The translations under genes were made by a program, and so were the position numbers. The notes under the pieces are model-generated. The model searched no databases and was not told the origin of the DNA. It saw only the letters and a list, made by a program, of their open reading frames with translations. Shown in pieces: positions 20,512 to 27,917 of a stretch of 45,205 nucleotides of DNA; position 1 is the first letter of the stretch, and each line of letters begins with the position of its first letter. Source of the stretch: an uncultured Eubacteriales bacterium (GTDB taxonomy: Bacteria > Acidobacteriota > Aminicenantia > Aminicenantales > UBA4085); NCBI GenBank assembly GCA_964411395.1, contig CAYPKX010000007.1, positions 1-45,205 of the forward strand, given 5' to 3'.

Positions 20512-20540
20512 TTTATATTATTATCAACCAGATAAGTCAA
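20512..20540 (-). promoter_or_regulatory. Candidate sigma70 promoter (TTGACT-17-TATAAA) for the coiled-coil/GT4/MTase/wzm/wzt/hldC operon
   Basis: The minus strand has TTGACT (20535-20540), a 17-nt spacer and TATAAA (20512-20517). It sits in the only AT-rich island of this region (20440-20545), just downstream of the GT4-GT9 stop, and implies a ~130-nt leader. Confidence 0.45.
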
Positions 20541-20542
20541 TT

Positions 20543-23101
20543 TTATCCGGGAGCCCCGGGCCCGAGGACACTCCGCAGGGCGCGATCGGCCATCCCGACC
20601 GTAATTCCCCGAATGCACCGAGCCTCCGAAAAGAGGCAATTTTCCGAGCAGGGATTGCAGGTCAAGCCCAGATGAACAACCGCATGGCCCGATCCCCAGG
20701 GCCGGAAGCGAACGTAATCGCCGGGACCGAACAGCCCGACGACCTTGACTCCGGCGGCGACCGCCACGTGCATCGGGCCGGAATCGTTGCCTAAAAAGTA
20801 CTGGCAGGATTTCAGAACGGCGGCCATTTCCGGGATCGTTGTCCGCCCGGCGAGGTTGACCGTTCGGCCGGGAAGCAATCCTTTTTCGATTTCCAAGGCC
20901 AGGGCCTCTTCGGATTTTCCGGCGAGAATCAGGATACGGGCCCGATAAGCTTCCTGGAGCCGGCGGCCCGTTTCGACGAATCGCTCAACCGGCCAGCGGC
21001 GAAATTCCCAAGCTGCGCCCGGGGCCAGGGCGATGAGCGTTTCGCCGGGGGCGATCCGGGCTCCCGAAAGGAGATCAACGGCTTTCTTTTCATCCTCCGG
21101 AGTCGTCCAGTTTTCCAGCCGCGGCTCGCCCGGCGTCCCTCCGAGCGAACGGAGAATTTCGGCCTGGTATTCGATCTCGTGCCGGGCGGTGCTCCGGCAG
21201 GGTCCCTCGGTGATCAGGCGGTCGACGGTGTGCTTCCCTTTCAACTTCCGGAAGTCCGGCGGGTTGAGATAGGCCGCCCGTCGAGTCGCGCCGCTGGCGG
21301 CCAGCAGGATGAGAGAAGCCGCTTGAGTGGCGTCATCGTTCCAACGCAGGGAAACGGCCAGGTCGAAACGGCGCTTGGAAAACTCCCGCCGAGCCAGGGC
21401 CGCGGCCTTCCGCCACCAGAATAAATTTCCGTTGAAGGACAGCTTCCAATCCGGGCAGGCCCGGAAGGCGAACGGAATCACTTCGTCCACATGGGGGCAG
21501 GCCTTGACGACATCGGCCATGCCCGGATGGACGGCCAGGACGATTTTCGACTGCGGAGCGAAGGCCCGAAGGTCGCGGAGAAAAGGCCCGCTGAGAACGA
21601 TATCGCCGAGGTCGGCCAGTTGAACGACCAGGATCTCCCGGGGCACGGCCGAAGGCGCCTCGCCGGCCGCCGCCCGCCGCCTTTTGCGATTGAGCCAGCG
21701 GAGATAAGGCGGATACAAGCGAAGGCCGAGGCGGGCCGCGGCGTTTTTTCTTTTGTCCCGGAGCTTCGAGCCCAGAGACTTGGGAACCAGCAGGTGTTTG
21801 ATCCTGACGAGGGCATTGCCCCGGCGGAACCACCGGTCCATAGGCCCGGAGATCTTCGGCGGAGCCGAGAGGACGCCGGACGATACGGGCAACGCCTCCG
21901 GCCTCGGCGGCGGAGCCCCGACGGACTCGAGGATGTTTTCGATTTGCTCGATCGTCCGGTCGAGCCGGAAGCGTTCTTCGATCGTCCGGCGGGCCTGGCG
22001 GCGAAGAGTCTCCGCCAAAGCGGAATCGTCAAGCAGCCGGCCGACGGCTTCGGCCAGACGCCCGGGATTTTCCGGAGGGGCGATCAGGGCGTTCGATTCA
22101 TCTTCGAGAACCTCGGCGTTTCCGCCGAGGGCCGTTGCCGCGATCGAAAGGCCGCAGGCCATGGCTTCGAGAAGGGGCAAGGCCAGGGGCTCGACCCGGG
22201 CCGAGGGGAAAAGGAAGATATCGTGGGCCAGGTACAAGTCGGGCGAAGACCGGTCCGGAGAGAAGCCGACGAACGAAACGCTTTCAAGCACGCCGGCCGA
22301 AGCCGCCCTCTCCTGGAGAGAGGCAAGATAATCCGGGGCGCCGGGAACGGAACCGGCGATCGTCAGCTCGACCGACCGCCCGGCCCGATTCAGAAGGCCC
22401 AGGGCTTCGACGGCGATTTCCAGCCCGCGATGGGGACCGAGCGGGCCGTAATAAAGCAAACGTCCGGATTGGGAATTCCCCCCTTCCCGGAAAGGGAACC
22501 GGCGGGTATCGACGCCCCAGGGAATGACGGCCGCCCGGGGCAATTTTTTTCCGGTTCCCTCGGTGATCGCCTGGAAATACCCGCTGGTGAAAATCACCGG
22601 CAGCTCATGGAGCGGCCGGGGAAATCCGGCCAGGTCGAATTTTCGGACGAGATGCCGGATGGCCTTGCGGCCGTTGGCCCCGGTCGGTTGTTCGCGGAAC
22701 CACGGATCGGATTCCCAGATCGCCAGGCCGTCGCCCTCGACATGGAGGCAGGCCGGACAGCCGAGCGCTTCGGCCAGAAGGGGCAACGAAGCGGACATGT
22801 TCCAGGGGTCGAAAAACAGGACCGCCTGCGGCCCGAATTCCCGGCAGACCGTCCGGAGGGCGCGTTCGTTCAAGGCTTCTTTCCGGAAAAACGCCGGCCA
22901 ATTGGAGATATCCTGCCTGTCGCGAACGAGCCACCGAAGAATGCCGCCGGACCCCTGGGCTCCCTTTTGGGGAGGCCGGCCGGTCAGGACGCAGACCTCG
23001 TGACCGCGGAGCTTGAGCGACTCGACGATGTCCCGGCAGCCCAGGTCCCTGGCCGCCAAGTCCACCGGCGGGTAACCGTCGGTCACAATGAGGATGCGCA
23101 T
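20543..23101 (-). CDS. Bifunctional glycosyltransferase: N-terminal GT4 domain fused to a C-terminal GT9 (ADP-heptose heptosyltransferase-like) domain
   Basis: 852 aa. GT4 part: MRILIVTDGYPP… and FLFPSARVEPLALPLLEAMACGLSIAATALGGNAEVL. GT9 part: ILVVQLADLGDIVLSGPFLRDLRAF… and GNDSGPMHVAVAAGVKVVGLFGP. The domains are joined by a ~70-aa basic linker. Confidence 0.85.
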   Translation of the reverse strand: MRILIVTDGYPPVDLAARDLGCRDIVESLKLRGHEVCVLTGRPPQKGAQGSGGILRWLVRDRQDISNWPAFFRKEALNERALRTVCREFGPQAVLFFDPWNMSASLPLLAEALGCPACLHVEGDGLAIWESDPWFREQPTGANGRKAIRHLVRKFDLAGFPRPLHELPVIFTSGYFQAITEGTGKKLPRAAVIPWGVDTRRFPFREGGNSQSGRLLYYGPLGPHRGLEIAVEALGLLNRAGRSVELTIAGSVPGAPDYLASLQERAASAGVLESVSFVGFSPDRSSPDLYLAHDIFLFPSARVEPLALPLLEAMACGLSIAATALGGNAEVLEDESNALIAPPENPGRLAEAVGRLLDDSALAETLRRQARRTIEERFRLDRTIEQIENILESVGAPPPRPEALPVSSGVLSAPPKISGPMDRWFRRGNALVRIKHLLVPKSLGSKLRDKRKNAAARLGLRLYPPYLRWLNRKRRRAAAGEAPSAVPREILVVQLADLGDIVLSGPFLRDLRAFAPQSKIVLAVHPGMADVVKACPHVDEVIPFAFRACPDWKLSFNGNLFWWRKAAALARREFSKRRFDLAVSLRWNDDATQAASLILLAASGATRRAAYLNPPDFRKLKGKHTVDRLITEGPCRSTARHEIEYQAEILRSLGGTPGEPRLENWTTPEDEKKAVDLLSGARIAPGETLIALAPGAAWEFRRWPVERFVETGRRLQEAYRARILILAGKSEEALALEIEKGLLPGRTVNLAGRTTIPEMAAVLKSCQYFLGNDSGPMHVAVAAGVKVVGLFGPGDYVRFRPWGSGHAVVHLGLTCNPCSENCLFSEARCIRGITVGMADRALRSVLGPGAPG

Positions 23102-23128
23102 GCGGTTGGACTCGTTTTGTTTTCAAAT

Positions 23129-23157
23129 ATATACCATCATTGGATTCATCTTGGCAA
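23129..23157 (-). promoter_or_regulatory. Candidate promoter for the GT4-GT9 gene (TTGCCA-17-GTATAT)
   Basis: The minus strand has TTGCCA (23152-23157), a 17-nt spacer and GTATAT(A) (23129-23134), ~28 nt upstream of the ATG at 23101. Confidence 0.3.
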
Positions 23158-23288
23158 ACGCCGCCGCCGCGGCTTTGAAATTCGGGCCTCGGCAATCCGC
23201 CCGCCAAACATTCCCGGCGGGACCGGCGTATTCTTTGACGGGATCCGGTCCAGTCCAGTCAGATGGATGGCCGAAGGGGAATGTCCCG

Positions 23289-23660
23289 ATGAAGAAATGC
23301 TCCCGGCTATATTTCTTTCTGTTCGTTCTTGCCGTTTCGCTGACCGGCGCTCAATCCGTCATCGAAAATTCGGCCAGGCCTTCCGGACCGCGGGCCGGCC
23401 CGACATCTTCGCTTTGCACGGATTGGGCGGCAAGATCCTGGTTCAGACATCGACCATCGGCAAGGGAAAAGGGGTGCTGTTCGATGTCTATGACCGTGAC
23501 GGCCGTTATCCCGACTGTTTTTTCCTCTCTTCTGTCTTCACGTCGCCGTCGGGAACTCATGACAACAGATATTTCACGTTCTCCGGCGGATTTGTCTATT
23601 TCAGGGACAAAAACGAAGAGGATTTCGTCATCATCAAAAAAGCCGCCTCGTCGGATTTTA
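23289..23660 (+). pseudogene. Decayed remnant of a secreted beta-propeller protein (frameshift plus probable internal deletion)
   Basis: Frame 0 gives a good signal peptide and start (MKKCSRLYFFLFVLAVSLTGAQSVIENSARP…) that turns to junk after ~nt 23400. A different frame then reads protein-like sequence: DIFALHGLGGKILVQTSTIGKGKGVLFDVYDRDGRYPDCFFLSSVFTSPSGTHDNRYFTFSGGFVYFRDKNEEDFVIIKK. At ~125 aa in total, this is far too short for a propeller. Confidence 0.45.
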
Positions 23661-23665
23661 ACAAA

Positions 23666-24886
23666 TCAGCTTTTTCCCGGCCGCATCTCCTCGATCACCC
23701 GGGCGTCGACCCAGTAAAGGCCGCGCGAAGCGCCGCTGCCGGCCCGGCCGCTCTGAAAAAAGAGATATTTTCCGTCCGGCGTGGCTATCGCCATGCTGTC
23801 GCCTCCCTCGGTCCGAAGCTTTTCGCTGAGGTTGCGCGGCTCCGGCCAGCTTCCGTCCTCCCTCTTGAAGGCGATGAATAATTGAAAAGGCAGGGGGGTT
23901 CCCGTCCGAACTTTCGTATAGATCAGATAATCGCCCCCGGGAGAAATGAAAGGGCCGATCTCGCCCGATCGATATTTGTCCTCTTCCCCATGCGGATCGT
24001 TGATCGGATACGGCATCGGCTCGGGCGGGAGATACCGGCCGTTCGCAAACCGGGCGCAGTTGATCCCTCCGGGGCCGCTGAAATAAACGTTCCCGGCTTT
24101 ATCCATGGAGAATTGCCAATGGAGGCCCCGGGAATTGACGACCGGGTCGAAATCTTTCGGCTCGGACCAGCCGTCTTGGGTTTTTTCGGCGAGCCGGATG
24201 ATTTCTTTTTCGGTCATGTCAGAGGATCCGACCGTTCTGCCCGTGAAAAAAACCCGCCGTCCGTCCAAGGAAAAGAAGGGGAACGAGGTTCCGGCCTCCC
24301 GGCCGTCGGGAGAAAAGACGATGGTTCCATACATTCCCTCCCGCTTCGAAACAATGCCCTTGGCGAATAGCTTCGGCTCGGCTCCGGGGGAAGATTGTCC
24401 CAGGTAAGCACCGGTGAGCTTCGGGAATTTCCGCGGGCTTCGGTCCACTCCCGCTTGCGAGAGCCAGGCGGCGGCCTCTCCGAATCCGCCCTCCTCGGCC
24501 AGGTTGTAGGCCGACCGGCCGAGCCTGTCGCGGTCATCAAGGCCGGCCCCGTTGGAAGCCAGGAGCTTCATCGTCTCCAGGCGTCCGGTCCGGGCGGCCA
24601 GATGGAGAAGGCTGTTTCCGTCGAAATCGGGCATATCCAGGGCTTCCTTATGACCCGCCGAAAGGCGTCGGACGACGACGTCCTGATGAACGCCCCGGCA
24701 GGCCCAATGAAGGGACGTCCGGCCGGTTTGGTCCCTCGACCAGATATTGTCTGGAGCGGCCTCAACAAGGGCTCGGACCTTGGCCAGGTCTCCGGCTCTG
24801 GCCGCGTCATGAATATCCTCGCCCAAGGCAAAAAGCGAGAATCCTGATAATACCGTCATGATGATCAGCATTTTGACGCGCGACAT
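23666..24886 (-). CDS. Exported ankyrin-repeat protein fused to a TolB/PD40-like beta-propeller domain
   Basis: Signal peptide MSRVKMLIIMTVLSGFSLFALG. Ankyrin repeats (DIHDAARAGDLAKVRALVEA…GRTSLHWACR…GNSLLHLAARTGRLETMKLLASNGAGLDDRDRLGRSAYNLA). PD40-like strands (IVFSPDGRE, FSLDGRRVFFTG, ISPGGDYLIYT, IATPDGKYLFFQS). RBS AAGGAG. Confidence 0.8.
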   Translation of the reverse strand: MSRVKMLIIMTVLSGFSLFALGEDIHDAARAGDLAKVRALVEAAPDNIWSRDQTGRTSLHWACRGVHQDVVVRRLSAGHKEALDMPDFDGNSLLHLAARTGRLETMKLLASNGAGLDDRDRLGRSAYNLAEEGGFGEAAAWLSQAGVDRSPRKFPKLTGAYLGQSSPGAEPKLFAKGIVSKREGMYGTIVFSPDGREAGTSFPFFSLDGRRVFFTGRTVGSSDMTEKEIIRLAEKTQDGWSEPKDFDPVVNSRGLHWQFSMDKAGNVYFSGPGGINCARFANGRYLPPEPMPYPINDPHGEEDKYRSGEIGPFISPGGDYLIYTKVRTGTPLPFQLFIAFKREDGSWPEPRNLSEKLRTEGGDSMAIATPDGKYLFFQSGRAGSGASRGLYWVDARVIEEMRPGKS

Positions 24887-25151
24887 ATCGTATGTCTCCT
24901 TATCCTGCCGCTTCTCCCCGCCTTGGACCTTCCTGTCAGGAAGTCAACCGGCGGAGCGACGATTTGAATCACACGCCCTATGAAACGCCGGCGGCATCCG
25001 AAAGAACACCCCCTAACGGGATGAATTGGGCAAAATAGCACCAAAGAACCATTCAAAGACCGGGCTTTTTCGCAAAAGCCGGTGTGCTATAAAGAGGCGA
25101 TGCCCTTCGACCTGCTGATCCTGTATTCGGGGCGATATTTTTGCTGGTGAA

Positions 25152-25709
25152 ATGCCTCGCTTCGATGGCCGGCCGGAAGCCGGGCAAAAGTTCGGCCAGA
25201 TCTTCAATTACCTGGACGTCTTCGTTCCCCTGCTGGTGTTCGGATGGGGAATCTTCATTCTTTCTCCGGCCGCCCCCGGGGCAGAGCGGAAAATCCTCAG
25301 GACCTTCTCCTGGATCGGTTTTGTCGCAAGAGCCGTCTTCTGGTCCTTGGTCCTTCTCTCCTTCAGCTTCACCGTCCCGTTTCTTTTCGGAGTCGTCCTC
25401 CCGGTTCCCGCCCTTCTCTATCTTTCGGTGCATTTAAAAAAGACATCGCCGCGGGGTCCCCTTCCGGCGGCTGATCCGGATGTCCTCGAGGCCTTCTATT
25501 CAAAATATGACATCACCCCGCGGGAGAGGGAGATCATTTCATTAGTCTGCGCCGGCCGGGGAAACCAGGCCATCGCCGACGTGCTTTTCATCTCCATCCA
25601 TACCGTGAAGCGGCATGTCAACCAGGTCTACCGGAAGGTCGGGGCCCGAAACCGCGTCCAGCTGGCCAACGCCGTCCGGGCCGCCTTTCAACCGCCCCCT
25701 CGCGGCTGA
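25152..25709 (+). CDS. Membrane-anchored LuxR-family transcriptional regulator (3 predicted TM helices + C-terminal HTH)
   Basis: C-terminal REREIISLVCAGRGNQAIADVLFISIHTVKRHVNQVYRKVGARNRVQLANAV is a LuxR/GerE HTH. The N-terminal 95 aa are hydrophobic (VFVPLLVFGWGIFIL, FSWIGFVARAVFWSLVLLSFSF, FLFGVVLPVPALLYLSV). No clear RBS at 25152. Confidence 0.75.
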   Translation: MPRFDGRPEAGQKFGQIFNYLDVFVPLLVFGWGIFILSPAAPGAERKILRTFSWIGFVARAVFWSLVLLSFSFTVPFLFGVVLPVPALLYLSVHLKKTSPRGPLPAADPDVLEAFYSKYDITPREREIISLVCAGRGNQAIADVLFISIHTVKRHVNQVYRKVGARNRVQLANAVRAAFQPPPRG

Positions 25710-25902
25710 TCTTCATTTTCGCGGATTTTTCGCGGAAATATTCCGAAAGACGGAATCTCCCTCACATTCCGCCATTCAAGGACTTTGCCGAAAATTCGGG
25801 TGAGACGGGCCATGGCGGGAGAGAATCGCGATTTCCTCTTCGTTGCGCCGAATTCCGGCCGCTACATAGCGCGAGAACCGAGAAAGGACTGCTCGGCCCT
25901 CC

Positions 25903-27099
25903 TCAATTACTAGCCGGCGTCAATCGCGACACGGCCGCGCCGAAGCGCTCGATTTCCTCCAGCGTGTTGTAATAATGAACAGAGGCCCGGACGACGCTCC
26001 GAAGGCCCCGGCTTTCCATGTCCAGACGCGTCGATTCCACCCCGGAAACGGACACGTTCATCCGCCGCTCTCTAAGGAGGCGTTTGATCTCCTCGGGCTT
26101 CCGCCCCTCGATGATAAAGGACACGATCCCGCATTGTTCCGATCCAAGATCGCAGACAGCGACGCCGGGCAGGGCCGCCAGCGTCTCCCGCAGGTTTCCG
26201 GCCAGGCCGGCGACCCTCTCCCGGATGGCGTCCAAACCCCAGGACAGGGCATAGCGCACGGCTGCGGCCAGGCCGGCTTTCCCGGCGAAATTGGTTTCCC
26301 AGTTCTCAAACCTCCGGGCGTCGAGCCTGATCTCATAACGGTCTTTCGCCGTCCAGGTTGCGGCGTGCAAATCGAGAAAAACAGGTTCCCAACTTTCGAG
26401 AAGGTTCCGTCGGACGAAAAGAAATCCGGTTCCGCGGGGACCTCTCAGGTATTTCCGGCCGGTGCCGGACAGGATGTCGCATCCCAGGGACTCGACATCC
26501 AGGGGGATCTGGCCGATCGACTGGCAGGCGTCGAGAAGATAAAGGACGCCCGCCGACCGGGCCACCTTCCCGATTTCCGCGGCCGGCTGGACAAGGCCGC
26601 CGTTTGTCGGCACGTGGGTGACCGCAATCAGCTTGACCTGATCGTCAATCATTCGTTCCAGGCTTTCGAGGCAAAGCCGGCCTGAAGCATCGTTGGGAAC
26701 GGCCTCGACGACGGCCCCCGTCCGCCGGCTCACCTGGAGGTAGGCGATATAGTTGCTGGCGTATTCGGAAACGGACGTCAAAATTCGGTCCCCCGGACGG
26801 AACGGAATCGAATAAAAGGCCATATCCCAGGCCCGGGTGGCGTTTTCGATGAAGGCGATCTCATCGCGTCCGCAGGACAAAAGCGCCGCCAGGGCGTCGT
26901 AGACGTCTTCAAGCTTCGCGGCCGACCGCTCCGCGGTCTCGTAACCGCCGGAGGAGGCCTCGAGCCGCAAGTATTCGACCATCGTTTCGAGCACCGGCGC
27001 GGGCATCAGGGAGGCGCCGGCGTTGTTGAAATGAAGGACGTTTTCACATCCGGGCGTTTCCCGGCGGGCCCGATTGATATCGAATTCGTTTTTGTCCAA
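25903..27099 (-). CDS. Class-V aminotransferase-fold PLP enzyme (cysteine desulfurase / NifS-like family)
   Basis: 398 aa. NNAGASLMP, VTHVPTNGG, YLLDACQSIGQIPLDV, and SGTGRKYLRGPRGTGFLF (PLP-lysine region). TTG start at 27099 with AAGGAG 8 nt upstream. Confidence 0.8.
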   Translation of the reverse strand: MDKNEFDINRARRETPGCENVLHFNNAGASLMPAPVLETMVEYLRLEASSGGYETAERSAAKLEDVYDALAALLSCGRDEIAFIENATRAWDMAFYSIPFRPGDRILTSVSEYASNYIAYLQVSRRTGAVVEAVPNDASGRLCLESLERMIDDQVKLIAVTHVPTNGGLVQPAAEIGKVARSAGVLYLLDACQSIGQIPLDVESLGCDILSGTGRKYLRGPRGTGFLFVRRNLLESWEPVFLDLHAATWTAKDRYEIRLDARRFENWETNFAGKAGLAAAVRYALSWGLDAIRERVAGLAGNLRETLAALPGVAVCDLGSEQCGIVSFIIEGRKPEEIKRLLRERRMNVSVSGVESTRLDMESRGLRSVVRASVHYYNTLEEIERFGAAVSRLTPASN

Positions 27100-27135
27100 G
27101 GCGAGTTCTCCTTTTGCGCTCCGTCAAGGATGATC

Positions 27136-27163
27136 CTTCAGGGACTCCTTCACGTCCCTGAAG
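27136..27163. other. Perfect 10-bp stem / 8-nt loop hairpin in the divergent intergenic region
   Basis: CTTCAGGGAC-tccttcac-GTCCCTGAAG, 37 nt upstream of the aminotransferase TTG start. No U-tract on either strand. Confidence 0.4.
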
Positions 27164-27414
27164 AGGAATCCTCCGGCCGCTCGGCGTCGGGGGAGGACGG
27201 AAATCGAAGCCTTCGTCCCCGGACGCGTCACGGGACTTGGAGGCCTATTTTCGCATATTCAGACGGCGGAACAAACGGAAGTTTTCCGGCGCGCGCAGGA
27301 ATTCTCTTCCCGAAACTTTTCATCGCCCGGGCCAAACGAATGTGATTCGGATTTCGTTTACCCTGCGGGAGAATTTATTTCCCTGAATCGAATTCCAATT
27401 TCCCGGAGGAAAAG

Positions 27415-27810
27415 ATGTCTATCCGCAGAAAAACACTTCTCTTTATTCTCGCCCTGGCCCTGGGGGCGGCCGTTTCGGCTCAAGCACCCGCGGCCGAATC
27501 GTCGCCGGTCGGAATCTGGGTCGGCACGGCCGAAAATCAGGGCAACTACGACGATATTACGGTCACCATCGAGAAGAATAAGGACGCCTATACGGGCCGG
27601 ATCAAGGACGACATGGGAATGTTCCCCGACGTCGAGATCAAGAACATCACGGTGAAAGGCGACAAAGTCTCGTTCGAGTTTCCCGGAAGCCTGAGCGGCA
27701 TGTCCTTCAACCTGAAGGCCGACCTGGTCATGACGGAAAAAACGCTCAAGGGGACCTGGACCATGCTCGAGGACGGTTCGACGGGAGGCCTCGATCTCGC
27801 CCGCAAATGA
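27415..27810 (+). CDS. Small secreted hypothetical protein (beta-rich)
   Basis: GGAGGAAAAG precedes the ATG at 27415. Signal peptide MSIRRKTLLFILALALGAAVSAQA. 131 aa. No family motif recognised. Confidence 0.7.
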   Translation: MSIRRKTLLFILALALGAAVSAQAPAAESSPVGIWVGTAENQGNYDDITVTIEKNKDAYTGRIKDDMGMFPDVEIKNITVKGDKVSFEFPGSLSGMSFNLKADLVMTEKTLKGTWTMLEDGSTGGLDLARK

Positions 27811-27917
27811 ACGATCCCGGAAGCCCGGTCGGATCGGGCTGAAAAGCCGCCCTTTATCGATCGCCGGCCGAGACGGCCGGACGAATTCGACCGGTTAACC
27901 GGCCTTGTGAAGGCAGG

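Noticed and set aside
25053-25433. 126-aa minus-strand ORF, very acidic and Gly-rich.
   Set aside because: It is antisense to the TM region of the LuxR-family gene. Its composition reflects the complement of hydrophobic codons.
27031-27345. 104-aa plus-strand ORF spanning the aminotransferase start and the divergent spacer.
   Set aside because: It overlaps the 5' end of a well-supported gene on the other strand. The remainder is Arg/Ser/Gly-rich with no RBS.
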